Assembly (NCBI GenBank): GCA_951406725.2
Contig: OX597826.1
Coordinates: forward strand, 22,134,001 to 22,198,000
Source: Octopus vulgaris
Lineage: Eukaryota
DNA: 64,000 nt
Direction of reading: 5' to 3'
In this document: one piece after another, positions 49,509 through 62,716 of the stretch
Position numbering within the stretch: the first letter of the stretch is position 1
Layout of the letters: each line of letters opens with the position of its first letter
Notes under the pieces: model-generated
Databases searched by the model: none
Seen by the model: only the letters and a program-made list of their open reading frames with translations
What the model was told of the DNA's origin: nothing
Translations under genes and position numbers: made by a program

Positions 49509-50036
49509 GGTTTTCCTGATTGATTTTCTTCTCAATATTAAGGAAACATGCTTAAGATGCAGAACTAAATATGTTATAAACTAGTTTTGTTTTGCTTTGC
49601 TTTATATATGATAAGAAGTTTTTTGAAAGTAAATAAAAAATATTGTATTAGCTAATCATGATTACAAGGAAATTTTCAACAAGTTTTTGTTAAAGCTTCA
49701 AGCAATTAAATGGGTCTTTAAATGAACAGCAAAAAGCTAGATAAAGAGAGACTGATTAAAGAGAAGCAATAATTAATGTGCTCTCATCAACACTTATCAA
49801 CAATGCATGTAAATGGTGCTTCAACAGTGTATGTACAGAGTGAATTGACAAGGCATGTATATGGTGCCTCAACAATACAATTTTTCTTGTGAGCGATTAA
49901 TTTCATAGAGAAATATTAGTCAACTAAAAAAAAAACATTTATATATATTGGTCTAGTTTAAATAAACCCTAATATAACAGTAATTTATGAATTATTTACT
50001 TAGTAAATTTAGTGAGTATGAAAACAAATACTTTAC

Positions 50037-50366
50037 TCTGCATGACTTGATAGGAAAATGTGTTTGGTATTTGCTTGGTGTATGATATTTCCAGGTGGCT
50101 TTTGTAAAAGGAGATGGAATTTGAAATTCATTGGTTGCCCCACAAAAATTATGGTGGGTAATCTTACAGAATTGCTTTATTTTTGTTGACTTTAAAGCTA
50201 TTTCTTCTTTTATTTTGTTCAATGGCTGTGGTTCACTTTTTTCCATTGATGTAGAAACTTTCTCCTCCTTCTCAGATACTTTTGGCTTTACTTTCACAAA
50301 TGCATCTTTCAAATTGAGAATGTCTTCCTTGGTCACAGAGATAGGAGTTGATATTGTCTTTAATAT
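50037..50366 (-). CDS. Host gene exon ILKTISTPISVTKEDILNLK...HFPIKSCR
   Basis: 330-nt open frame inside ORF 49992-50399; aacag acceptor, AGA|gtaaag donor, phase 0-0. Confidence 0.72.
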
Positions 50367-50409
50367 CTGTTTATAGAATTTCATAACAGTTAATATCAAT
50401 TATTTCATT

Positions 50410-50690
50410 AAAATTCAACTGATGGGTAATGTCGGTGTGCTTATACGACAGAATATAAATGATTTAAGAGAAAAACTGGGCATAAGAAGCATCAAATGTT
50501 GAGTACAAGAAAAAGCAATGTGCTAGCATGGTCGTGTGATGTGTATGGATAAAGACAGCTGCTTCAAGAAGTGCTGATGTCTAATTGTGGAGGGAACCTG
50601 TAAAAGGGGTAAACCCAGGAAGATGTGGGACAAAGTGGTGAGAAACAATCTTTGAATGCTGGGCCTCACTGAGGAAATGATGACCAGGGA
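50410..50690 (+). mobile_element. RTE C-terminal fragment
   Basis: Similar to 23700-23990 (EGTCKRGKPRKMWD). Confidence 0.7.
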
Positions 50691-50699
50691 CTGGGAGTT

Positions 50700-50824
50700 G
50701 AAGACACCAAAACAGAAATGGCTAAGAAAGCCCGAATTGGCATCTATAAGGGAAGTAACTCTCTAAAAATGCTTATATAGTTATTTCCCTTACAAACCCG
50801 AGCAACGCCGGGCGATACTGCTAG
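50700..50824 (+). mobile_element. Helitron 3' end
   Basis: caaacccgagcaacgccgggcgatactgCTAG|t identical to 19899-19931. Confidence 0.75.
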
Positions 50825-50835
50825 TATATATATAT

Positions 50836-51592
50836 GGATTTTTTCCCTTTGAACGGCAGATTGAGAAATTGATTTTTTGTAACTAAACATTTTCAAACTT
50901 CAGACACTGGTAGAATGTGTCATATAAAACATCTTTTACTCTTACTGTTGTTGAGAAAAGTTTCTAATTTCAAAGTCATTTCATGTTAGAGTTGTCGTAT
51001 TTTGGTAATTTCAACCAATCAATGACGTGTATTCAGCTGAATAAAATTACTACTGTTGTTTGTCAACAACAGCTATTGGTGGTGTATATTTCGTTTGTCA
51101 CTGTTATTTATGATATCGTTCATGCGTTTGTACAGGTTTTAGCTTCAGGGGTGAGGGAATTAGGGTTATGGAAAAAAATGAAAAAATGAAGAAATTGGAG
51201 GGGGAGAGGGGGGCAAAAAAGACTTACCGAAAATAGTAGCTGAAAAACAAATTAAAAAAAAAAAACTTAAAGTGGTAGAAATACACAAAGGATTATGGTG
51301 GTGCCATGAAGTAAACATGTTTCAGATACACTCGATTATTTACACAAACATAACTGAGATGAAATAAGTCATAAATAACAGTAACAAACTAAATATACAC
51401 AGCCGGAAGTAGTTGTTGACAAACAACAGCAGTAATTTTATTCAGCTGAATACACGCCATTCATTGGTTGAAATTACTGCAATATGACAACTTTAACACG
51501 AAATGACTTTGTATGACACATTCTACCAGTGTCCGAAGTTTGAAAGCGTTTAGTTACAAAAAATTAATTTCTGCCGTTCAAAGGCAAAAGAT

Positions 51593-51594
<2 letters not shown>
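50836..51594. mobile_element. Non-autonomous long-TIR (foldback/MITE) element in (TA)n
   Basis: 50836-51070 is the reverse complement (with indels) of 51412-51594. Confidence 0.85.
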
Positions 51595-51633
<39 letters not shown>

Positions 51634-51658
51634 TAATACATATATATATATCATTCGT

Positions 51659-51691
<33 letters not shown>

Positions 51692-51693
<2 letters not shown>

Positions 51694-51992
51694 CGTGACC
51701 GACCAGGCAATCAGATATTGCTACACATCGCTGGTCACAATGCGCTTCGCATTGTTCTAACCTTCAAATGACGCCACCCCGCTGGCTAAGCGAGCAGGCC
51801 AACAGAAGAAAGAGTGAGAGAAAGTTGTGGCGAAAGAGTACAGCAGGGATCGCCACCACCCCCCTGCCGGAGCCTCGTGGAGCTTTAGGTGTTTTTGCTC
51901 AATAAACACTCACAACGCCCGGTCTGAGAATTGAAACCGCAATCCTATGACCGCGAGTCCGCTGCCCTAACCACTGGGCCATTGCGCTTCCA
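51692..51992 (-). mobile_element. tRNA-derived SINE (family of 5762-6055)
   Basis: Reverse-complement match over the full length. Confidence 0.88.
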
Positions 51993-52071
51993 TATATATA
52001 TATATGCTCTAATACTAGGTTACTCTCTGTTGTCAATATACTGTGAAAGCTTTATATACACACACACTTAC

Positions 52072-52112
52072 TTGTTGGTGAATAGTCATATTTTCTTCTT
52101 GATCATTAGTCT
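52072..52112 (-). CDS. Host gene exon (K)TNDQEENMTIHQQ
   Basis: Very strong acceptor (tttttttcttcttcag), CAA|gtaagt donor, phase 1-0 linking both neighbours. Confidence 0.75.
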
Positions 52113-52966
52113 CTGAAGAAGAAAAAAAAAGGATCAATGGTACAAAAATATCCAAAGTCTACTACTACTACTACTACTACTGCCAATGCTGCTGCTAACA
52201 ATACAGGCACTACTGAATGCATGTGGTGGAAAAAATGTAAACTACCTGATTGTATTTTACCTCTAGGGAATTATAGGTAACAGTGGACATACATAAGCAA
52301 GAAAATAGTCACCAACCAACCCTACACCTATTTGACCGAGCAGCATGATTATAATTCCTTATACTTGTCTTTACACCAACTTTTGTAGCATTTATTCTAA
52401 CATTTACTTTATTTTATCCTGTTATGTTTACTATTCTTTTTCTTTTTATTTCTATTATAAAAATCTCAATGGTGCTATGATTTTACAAACTGAACTAAAC
52501 TAATGTTGGTATGGCAAAAACCATTTATTTCAAATGGTTATTTCCTGTTATACATGCATTCGAAAAACTACACTGACATGTTTCATTTCAGCCTGATCTT
52601 TCTTACTTTCATCACTTAATAATGAAAGGTGTCTTTTATGATTTGAATTCCGGTTGAAAAATTGCTGATTTTTCTCACACATTTTCTCACACATGCAAAT
52701 CCCCCAGTTTTTCATACACACCTTCCACCTCAGAGGCAGAACCACTATTTACCCTTTATTACTAATAAAATTATTCTTCATTGCCAATAACAACAATTTT
52801 GGTTATTATTATTACCATCAATTTTACCATCCAGGAGTTTCAATACATCTTTCAAACCTTACAATTTTCATTTACCCATTTTTATAGTTTGACCTTTAAA
52901 CATCGGAGTTGTACTTGCATAGCAAGTGACCTGATCTGAAATCGTGTGCTGGAACGAAAACAATTG

Positions 52967-53110
52967 CAGTGTGGAAGGTGTTTATAAGCCATTTAAGAAA
53001 CACATAAAAACCGTTAGATTCACTTCAACATTTAAATTTAATTTGCCAGAATATTTTCTAACAGTTTTTGTGTGTTTCTTAACTGATTTATAAACGCCTT
53101 CCACGCTGCC
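52967..53110. repeat. Short inverted-repeat (MITE-like) element
   Basis: gcagtgtggaaggtgtttataa..aagaaacaca..gttag vs ctaac..tgtgtttctt..ttataaacgccttccacgctgc. Confidence 0.75.
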
Positions 53111-53743
53111 TTTTAACATCAATCCATGGGAAATAACTCTTTTTTTTCTTCTGTCTTTACATCTTCACCTATGTTCCTCTAGCTATGTACTTCCAGCTTG
53201 TATTACCGGCAGAGACGTCGATATTGTTTAGTGGCAATAATCAACACAAGACCAACTTTCTGACTAGTTATACACCACAAACTTGTAACATTGTTTGACT
53301 GTGAAAATATAACTCTGCTCTCTGACTTATACTGACTGTGCTTTCGATCCTAATTTATGAATAACAACTGACAGCACACACACACACACACACGTGAAGT
53401 GTGCATGCGAGTGTGAGTCCTTGTCTTGGCCTCATGTGGTAAACAATTATCACCATTGTGCAAGTGGAGTCATTCACTTTCAGTCTTCCATAGAAATATG
53501 TCCAGCTAAGAGGAAATACTAATTTCATTAGAAACACATGGAGGTTGGCAACAGGAAAGGCATCAGTCTATAGAAAATCTGCCGCAACAAATTCTGTCAG
53601 ACTCATGCAAGCATGGGAAAGTGGCTCTTTTGAAACAAGGATAATGATGGTAATGTATGCTAGGCTTCCATAGTTTCCATCAACTAAATTTAAATTTAAC
53701 TAATAAAGTTTTAACAAATTAAATAAAATAGGTTGAAACAAAC

Positions 53744-53838
53744 TTAACAAATCCAACTTAGGGAATAGGTCAGATGATTTGTCTTTCTGATTGAAAGCAT
53801 CTTGGTTATCTGCATTTTGGATATCAGGATCTGAAACT
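53744..53838 (-). CDS. Host gene exon VSDPDIQNADNQDAFNQKDKSSDLFPKLDLL
   Basis: ctaaatttttctgttag acceptor, A|gtttgt donor, phase 2-1. Confidence 0.65.
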
Positions 53839-54389
53839 CTAACAGAAAAATTTAGTCATAGAAAATTTTATAAATATTTCCATCAAACAACATACAGAAG
53901 TTAATCAAAAGTGAATAATTAGTGTGAAATAAATCGTCACATATTCGAAAGCCATATTCTGTTTACTCAATGAAATACAAAAAAATAAAACACTTTATCC
54001 TAATTTTGTGAAATAACCTTTTATTTATTCTGCAACATTTATTGTTAATAATAATTCTTGTTTCAAATGCTCTACACCCTTTTGGGAAGAAAATAACAAC
54101 ATCAAAAACTTAGACGAACTTCTAAGATTGCATTTGAATAAAATTAGTGTATACATTCATATTGTAATTAATATTGTGGATTGCTAGATATTTAGTACAC
54201 ACACTCACACCCATAAATATAGATAGGTAAGAAAATAAATATTTTACATCAAACCCTTAATTTTAAATAATTCAAGAAGATGTCCCCTTGTATATTGATA
54301 ATTTAGATGCTGTAATGTTAATAATAATTTAGCAATGGATGCATGTTGTTTAATACAAGCAGTGATTGAGTGGGAGAAGACAAGATTTA

Positions 54390-54700
54390 TGAATTCACAT
54401 AAAATGTTTTTTTTAGATTTGTGTTAATGGAGTCAGTGCAGGTTTGAAGTGTCAAGGTTAAATATGGGCTGACACTTGATTTTGGAAGAATAAAGGGTGG
54501 TATGCTTACATAGGGGTAGATATTGTAGGAGGCAATGGCAAGTAGGTTATTGATGTGTAGCAAGAAGAATGTGAAGAACAAAACTAAACCTTGGGACACA
54601 GTAGCATTATCAAAGAGTTGAGTGAAGGAGTTCCATTAAGACATATGCCATGGCAGGAAGCTTTTAAAAGAGATGGATGAAACCTGAATATAGGAATTTT
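54390..54700 (-). mobile_element. Highly decayed non-LTR RT fragment (CR1/Jockey-like)
   Basis: VSQGLVLFFTFFLLHINNLL resembles the VPQGSVLSPxLFxxxINDL motif. Confidence 0.4.
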
Positions 54701-54839
54701 AATCAACAGGTTCATGTGTGAAACATAGCTGAAGCACATGTGAAGCTTCTATGAAATTTTTTGATGGCAACAGCTCACTAAGAGACTAACATAATGCTTC
54801 ATATTTCTAAGTGGAGAAATACAATTCAACAAGAAGCTA

Positions 54840-56893
54840 CCAGGTTGAGGAATAATTCAGGAGCGTTTTTATCAAATTTTAAAATGCATGCAGAAATAAA
54901 ACAAACTGGTAACATGTTTTATGTTATTTAAAAGAGAATTTTTTGCTCTACAAGACAGTGTGTTTTGATTTTTTAATTTTATTGATTTTTGTGTATTTTC
55001 TGATCATTAAAATGGAATGTCAAGTGGACAAAACTGAGCATTTTTGACACCATTTGCTTTTCGCATTTATTCAAGGTGTTAAGGCTGCCAAAGCTGCTCA
55101 TGAGATTTGTGCTGTGTATGGAGAAGGAGCAATGTTTCAAAGTACCACTTGCTGTTGGCTTTTGTGCTTCAAAAATGGGAATTTTGATCTCAAGGATGGA
55201 CCACACACCAGTCGACCAAGTGAGTTTGATGAAGAGCGACTGAATCAACTTCTTCCTGAAAATCCACATCAAACAACTAGAGAATTGGAGGAGCAGATGG
55301 ATCGTGATCAAAAAACTGTGGTGAATCCTCTTCACTCAATGGACAAGGTTCAGAAACTTGGTGCTTGGATGCCACACACTTTGAGTGAAAACAACAAAAA
55401 AATCAGTGCTCCACAATCACCATCAGTTTGCTTGTTCAACATTGCTCAACACATGGTCACAAACAGCATTTCCTTTACAGCATTGTCATTGGCAATGAAA
55501 AATGATGCCTTTACGTCAATGTGAAGGAGCAAAAAGAATGGCTCAGTCCCAACAAACAAGTGACTCCGCGAGCAAAACAAAACATTAATCCTTGAAAGAC
55601 CGTGTTGTATGTATGGTGGGACTGGGAAGGCATAATTCCTTAAGAAGTGGAACTGCTTGAGTGTAACCAAACACTCAATGTAGAGCTCTATGTTCAGCAA
55701 CTGCACTGACTCAATGAAGCAATTCAGCAAAAAGACTGAATAGGTGAAATGGTATTCTTCTGCAACATGACAATGCCCATCCTCACATTGTCAATATGAC
55801 CAAAGCCATGATTCAAGAACTTGAATGTGAAGTGCTGCCTTATCCTCCATACCCTTCAGACTTGGCACAATCAGACTTATTTCTCTTTTGACTGTTTTCA
55901 AATGCTTTGTTCAATAATGACATAGAATTGAGGGCCTGGCTGGACGAATTCTTTGAGTCAAGACCAGGACATTTCTATTGCTGAGGCATCAAAAAACTTA
56001 ATGAATCATCATCATCATCGTTTAACGTCCGTTCTCCATGCTAGCATGGGTTGGACGGTTCGACCGGGGATCTGGGAAGCCAGAAGGCTGCACCAGGCTC
56101 CAGTCTTATCTGGCAACGTTTCTACAGCTGGATGTCCTTCCTAACGCCAACCACTCCGTGAGTGTAGTGGGTGCTTTTTATGTGCCACCTGCACTGGTGC
56201 CAGGCGAGGCTGGCATCGGCCACGGTCGGATTGGTGCATTTTATGGAAGCCAGTCGAGGTGGCGCTGGCATCGGCCACAATTCAGATGGTGCATTTTATG
56301 GAAGCCAGTCGAGGCGGCACTGGCTTCGGCTACGATTCGGATGGTGCTTTTTATGTGTCACCGACATGGAAGCCAGTCGAGGCGGCGCTGGCATCGGCCA
56401 CATTTGGATAGTGCTTTTTACGTACCTCCAGTCCCAGGGCCCTGGCATCTGCCGGGTGCTAGTCATAGGATTGGCTCAATTTCGATTTCACTTGCCCCAA
56501 CAGGTCTTCGCAAGCAAGGGGGGTTGCCATAGGTGCCTGTCATCGGATGAGGTTCGATATCGACTTCGCTTGCCTCAACAGGTCTTTGTGTGTCCAAGGG
56601 GGGAAAGGCATGCATAAGTGGCCTGGTCTTCTCATGCACAGCATATTTCCAAAGGTCTCGGTCGCCGGTCATTTCCTCAGTGAGACCCAAGGTTCGAAGG
56701 TCGTGCTTCACCACCTCGTCCCAGGTTTTCCTGGGTCTACCTCTTCCACGGGTTCCCTCGACTGCTAGGGATTGGCACTTTTTCACACAGAAGAAAGTCA
56801 TAAACAACAATGGAGAGTATACTATTAATTTGTTGTAGTTTTTTTGTTTAAAATTAATTTGAAAAAAATGCTCATGAATTATTCCTCAACCCA
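54840..56893 (+). mobile_element. Full-length degenerate mariner interrupted by an RTE
   Basis: TIRs ggttgaggaataattca / tgaattattcctcaacc with TA flanks; HTH ORF 55054-55524, WMPHTL, HDNAHPH and YPPYPSDLAQSD motifs. Confidence 0.88.
56004..56789 (-). mobile_element. RTE LINE 3' portion inserted in the mariner
   Basis: VEGTRGRGRPRKTWDEVVKHDLR, 3' UTR with internal tandem units and (TGA)n tail. Confidence 0.9.
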
Positions 56894-57014
56894 ATATATC
56901 ATTTTCATTATCTTCTAAATCTTTCTGATGAAGATATGTGAAGAAGTGGCAAAGTTTGATCTCAAATGGCCAAACCTCATGAAGAAGAAGACAGATCAAT
57001 AAATATGTGACAAC

Positions 57015-57050
57015 TTGCTGTACTGAAGAAGACCCATCCATTTTATATAA
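57015..57050 (-). CDS. Host gene exon (H)YIKWMGLLQYS, donor uncertain
   Basis: caacttccatcaccag acceptor; phase 2-2 with either of two weak donors. Confidence 0.5.
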
Positions 57051-57644
57051 CTGGTGATGGAAGTTGAGAATAAATAATTTGTACATTTGGGTCTGTTGTC
57101 CATTATGTTGATATCTGTTGTCCTCTTACTCTGTCACACCAAAAGTATAACCAAGGATACCACTGCATCACTCTGTATTCAATTCCTTCTTACTCTACAC
57201 TCCACCCCCAGGACTCTTTTTCCTATCACTCATATTTATCACACCTTCCTCTTGAATCCATCACCCTATCTCACCTGCACTAATCACTCTCCTATCACTT
57301 TCTCTTCCCCATCTCATGACCTCACATGCTGTACTATTCAATCCCTTTACCAACAACCATCATGTAACTCTTTCTCTCTCTCACCCTCCTCCATTATTTC
57401 CTCTATTATCGCCTCTCACTCCCTCTTCTATTCATCTTTTTATTCATGTTCAGTGAATGGGGACAGGGCAACTTCTCAAGGGCACCCAGTACACTCTATA
57501 ATGTAGTTGACATTAGGAAGGATACTCAGCCACCAAAGCTATGTCAAAAATGGAATGAACAAATGAGACATAGGGACTGATCCATTGGGACAGTAATTCC
57601 AACCCATACCAGCATGGAAAAGTGAAAATAAAATGATGATGATG

Positions 57645-57930
57645 ATAGAGTCCTCCATTGAAGTCGACATATAAAGTGTGCAGCCTGCACAAATGGTTTG
57701 TTTATAATGACCAAATGTCTACGCAAATACATTAGCACACTCCCTCCATCAGGTCAATGTTGCCTGAACTGGAGCAGCAGGGTGCACCACACATCAGGTA
57801 TCAATGTGATCACAGAACAACGTGAGATGAAGTGTCTTGCTCAAGAACACAATGCACTGCTTGGTCTAGGAATTGAAACCACGATCTTGCGATTACGAGT
57901 GCAACACCCAAACCACTAGGCCATGTACCC
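57645..57930 (-). mobile_element. Decayed tRNA-derived SINE
   Basis: ggaattgaaaccacgatc..aaccactaggccat resembles the head of 51692-51992. Confidence 0.55.
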
Positions 57931-57984
57931 CTCACATACGATGGTGATACAGTAAATTATAATGATGATGATGATGTCACTTAC

Positions 57985-58021
57985 TGCCAAGTATCCTTTA
58001 GCTTTGCTAATCCTGAAAATC
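57985..58021 (-). CDS. Host gene exon (R)FSGLAKLKDTW
   Basis: tctcttcttctctttcag acceptor, gtaagt donor, phase 1-2. Confidence 0.72.
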
Positions 58022-58289
58022 CTGAAAGAGAAGAAGAGATAATCATAAAGTTTAACAGCAGAGAGAGGCGGGGGCGGGGGCAGAGAAAGAGAGAGAGGGG
58101 ATGGAGGAATAAAATCACTTTCTTAAAAGCATCTTTTATTGAACACTGGAAAAGAAGGTGTTAGACTGACAACGAGAGACCAGGTCAGTTTGTAGCACCT
58201 CCCTTTCCAGCATCCAATGATGCAGAGGAGATAACTACTGTGAAATGCCTGCACCCATCGATCTAGGTGGGGTTGGGGGTTGGGAAAAT

Positions 58290-61200
58290 GGATGTTAAAT
58301 GATGAGTTGGATGGTTTAACTAGCTCCATTTTCTGTTCTGACATCATTTCTATGGCTGGATGCTCTTCCTAATGCCAACCATTTCAGAGTGTACTGGGTG
58401 ATTTTTATGTAGCACCACCAGCATCAGTATCATTTCTGCTGTGGACAGGTCTTCTTGCATACAGCAAAGTGCCAGGCATCTCAGCTCTTTGTTATCTTCT
58501 TCGTATGGCTCAGGATTGGCCTTCAATACTTCGTCCCAAGTCATCCTAGGTTTCCCTCTTCCACAAGTTCTATCCACTTTAAGCAATTTTCACTTCTGTA
58601 TGCATCTGTCTACATTCATATACATGGTGCATAAGGTATTTGAGGACATAACTTTTTGGGGCCACCACTGCATTTTTTGCTAACTCTGTATAATCTTTGT
58701 TTCAGAAAATAATAATGGCAGACCCTCAGCTTACTCAAGAATTGAAGAGGCATGCTGTTATTGTGGTTATAAAGGCTGAGCATAGCGATTTAGAAATATC
58801 TTGAATTTTAAAAGTTGCCAGATCTTTCGTCTACAAAGTTGGTAAGGAGTTAGAGACTGAAGATGGAAATGTATCACCAGTATCAAAGCAGAAAAAGCAT
58901 TCTAAATGCTCTGAAATCATCAGAACACCTGAATTTATCCAACAAGTTCAACAGATCATTGATTACAATCCCAGAAAAGTTCATGAAGTCAATTGCAAAA
59001 GATATTCATGTGTCAGAAGAAACAGTCAGAAATGTTGTCTATGAAGACATCAGATATCTCTTATATGACGAGGAAAGGTCAATTTATCAAAAAAAGCAAA
59101 AGAAAATCACTACATAAGATCTAAAAAGTTCTTAAACAAACTGTAAATCCAGAAGAAGAAAATTGGATCACGTTTTTCTCAAACGAGAAGAACTTCAACC
59201 AAGATCAAAAAGTTTACAGAAGAAATGACAGATGGCTATGTGCAGACCCTTCTTAAGTACCAAATGTTATGCATACAAAATTTCCTGCAACTGTCATGGT
59301 TTTAGGGGTTGTCAGCAATGAAGGACATGTGATGCCTCCTTACTTCTTTCCACAAAGTCTTAAGAGTTAACTGCCACCTACATTGAGGTCCTGAAAACAG
59401 TTGTTAAGTCCTGGATAGACAGTGTATGCAATGGAAGGCCATATGTGTTTCAGTAAGACTTTGCGCTATTACACATTGCTGTAGTAACACCGGAATGGAT
59501 GGCTGAAAAATTTCATGATCACATAACCCCTAACATTTAGCCTCCTAATTCCCTAGATCTCAATCCATTGGACTATTACATATGGAGCGTTGTTGAGAGA
59601 GAGGTCAATGAACATGCCCACAACACCAAATACTCTTTGAAAGCTGCCATAGTTAGAGTAATGTCCAAAATGAACCAGGACCACTTGATTTGAGCATGTA
59701 GATGATTTAGATCTCATATAGAAGCAGTTGTTGAAGCTGAAGGTGGCTTTATTAAATAACATTATAATGAAAGGTTTATTTTTATCCTCATAGCATTTTT
59801 TGATATATAAAGTTATTATCTGTTATTATATATGTTTATTTTTTTTATAAACATAAATCTGTCCTCAAATATCTTATGCACCCTGTACATCACATGACCA
59901 AACCATCACAGTCTTCTCTCTTGCACATGTTATCTAATTTTCCTTATGCCAAACGTTTTTCCTTAAATACACTAAAGCTCTGTTGCACATGTACACTGAA
60001 ACTTTCTTATTATTATTCCATTGTAGCTCTTGTGTCATAGCTTGTACTGGTGTTCCATGTGGAATTCCTTCCTAGACCTTTTATACATTTACTTGATGGA
60101 GGAAGGGTCCTGTCTGTTTTCTAGCTTAAGGCCCTTTGATTCCAGGTTTTGTTTCCACACCTGGAATTTCTTTTCTAGTTCTATTACAGAATCTGCTATA
60201 AGAGCAAGGGCTGCCAGTCTTGAATTCCTCTGTTATGTCCTAGAGGACACTGATGAATATAAGTGGACTGAGAACCAAACCCTGGTGAATGCCTACCTGT
60301 ACACTAAATTCATCACAATACTCGTGGTTAACTCTCACCTTACTAACAGAACCTCTGTACATGGCTTGTACGGCTTTCACAAGCCATTCATCTTCCCCTA
60401 ACTTCCTCAGAGCCCACCATATCATACTGTGGGATACTCTGTCAAAGGCTTTCCGTAAGTTAACAAATGCCGATGGTTTATTCATGGCCAAATACTTCCA
60501 CAGTTGTCTGACTATAAAGATAACATCAGCAGTGCTTCTCTGGGGCCCAAAGCCAAACTGCATTTCATCTAATCTGATTCTATTCCTAATTAACTGGGCT
60601 ATAACTCTTTCTATCACTTTCATGACCTGATCCAGCAACTTGATGTCTCTGTAATTACTTCTATCTGAGGCATCTCCCTAACCCTTGTAGCAGCTGACTA
60701 TAATGCTGCTACACCTGTCACTGGGATGGCACCTTCCTGAAGAACATGATTAACTATCCAGGTGACTAAACTGTATCCTACCAAGCCAGATATTTTAAGC
60801 ATCTCAGCAGTGACTCCCAATGGGTCAGGGGTTGTCCCTGTCTTCATATCCTTAATTGCCTTATCTATCAACACAAACAGCTAGTCCCTCTGTTGGGTTC
60901 ACATAGGGAAGACTCCCTTTCTCCCATTCACTCCTTACATTTAATAACCTTTCATAGTAGCATACCATTATCCATACACACACACTTCTCTCTCACATCT
61001 CGATTCTCTCTGACACACTGTCTAGCAATCTGGAACACCTCAAGTCTCTGATCTTCACGCTGTAAGACAGTTGCAAACCTCTTCCTTTCTGCTTCTGCCC
61101 TGTCTAGCTAAACCTATTGCCTAGCTTTCCTCTTGGCTACCTGATATAGCTCTTTGCTGCTTCCATTTCTCCAGTCTCTCCAAGCCTGTCTCTTCACGTT

Positions 61201-61880
61201 TATGGCCCTATCTATCTCACTGTTCTACCACCAGGTCACTCTCAGTCTGGTCACAGATTTGGTCAGCAGCCTTCCGAAGGTTGTTTCATAGGAACTTCCA
61301 GTTGTCCTGTATGTTATATGTCACAACCTCCTTTTTCTTATTCAATGCTCTAATCAGAATGTCTCTAAACCTCTGACTGTTTGATGGATCTTTCAGTTTC
61401 CATAGCCTCCTTTTCCATATCATTTACAAGCATCAGTCCATCTCTGTTTCTGGTGTGGATGTAGTCAATCTGACTTGAATGTCCAGCAGACTGAGAAGTG
61501 ATAAAATGGCTGGTTGGTTTCCTGAAGTTGGTGTTACAGACCAGCAAGTCATTTGCATCACAGAACTCCAGGGGCCTTGTTCCCTCTTCATTTCTACTGC
61601 CAAAGCTAAAGCCTCCATGCACACCATAAGCCCAACATGACCATTGAAGCCACTAGCAAAGATAGGATCATTTCCCTCTGTTGTTGAGGTAGACTGCAAA
61701 AGCAACTCAGAAACATTCCTTCTTTTCATCAGCTTGTCCAGCATGTAGAGCATATGCACAGATAAATGTCACTGGTGCATTATAGAAGACTATTCTTAAC
61801 CTGATACCTGACTACATCAATCACCTTATCTATCCACTTCCTGCCACAAGTGTACCTACTTTGCCTACACCCTCACTTCT
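58290..61880 (-). mobile_element. Degenerate RTE LINE (APE plus RT) split by a DNA transposon
   Basis: GFNGHVG and SQIDYI APE motifs; QFGF..STAD, KAFDRV and GIHQGLVLSP RT motifs. Confidence 0.85.
58623..59885 (+). mobile_element. Full-length degenerate maT-like (DD37D-type) Tc1/mariner transposon
   Basis: TIRs catggtgcataaggtatttgaggaca / tgtcctcaaatatcttatgcaccctg with TA TSD; FSNEKNF, KFPATVMVLGVVS and PPNSLDLNPLDYYIW motifs. Confidence 0.88.
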
Positions 61881-62183
61881 ATATAATACTATATTGATAT
61901 ATCAATATGATGAGTTATCATATTGATATATATATTATATTGCCAATGATCAACTGAAACCTCATGATGTGCTTCATGTTTTAATGAAATTTCAATTGTA
62001 ATTCTATGAACTTAAATATGGATATTTTTGTGGAGATGGTCTAAGGTGGATTGCTATAAAAAAAGGTTCATGCAATTTGATTTGTGAATCTAGTCAATTT
62101 ATGAATGACAATTAGAGTAGAGGGTCCTTTCTGAATATTAAGTTTATTAGATGACTGTCATAAAAACAAGAAATACGACTCAC

Positions 62184-62298
62184 TAGGAATAGTTTGATGA
62201 GGAGTTGCAGTATATCTTGTTTTAGCTGGAGATTTCAATCCCTTTGGCATACATAATTTTTCTGCTGCTTCAATCAAAGACTTAGCAGTACTTTTTAC
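62184..62298 (-). CDS. Host gene exon VKSTAKSLIEAAEKLCMPKGLKSPAKTRYTATPHQTIP
   Basis: ttttactttgctcaccag acceptor, A|gtgagt donor, phase 0-1. Confidence 0.78.
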
Positions 62299-62637
62299 CT
62301 GGTGAGCAAAGTAAAATTGAACTGTTATAATAGAGCAATTTTTGTTCTATTTTTAAAATCCTTTATTAATTTTTTTTATTGATTTTGTATAATACTTCAA
62401 TTTATTGATTTAATACTCATATTCATCATCATTTTACATTTGTTTCTTTCATTCTGGCATGGGTTAGATGAATCACTGCAATCCAAGTCAGTTCTTATTT
62501 GCAGTTACTTCTTTCCTACATGATTGGAGGATCACATCTCACTTGTTGGTTCTGTTCTGAGATGGATCTGTTTTAGCATGTTTGGTACATGAAACAAAGG
62601 GCAATAAAGGAACTTTTTAAAACAATGTAGGATCTTC

Positions 62638-62716
<79 letters not shown>

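Noticed and set aside
56886-57014. ORF 56886-57086 as one long exon
   Set aside because: Its apparent donor lies in the mariner TIR and its frame conflicts with the upstream exon phase; only the first ~36 nt were kept
61885-61941. Short AT palindromes (atattgatatatcaatat)
   Set aside because: Too short and AT-rich to distinguish from local slippage or chance
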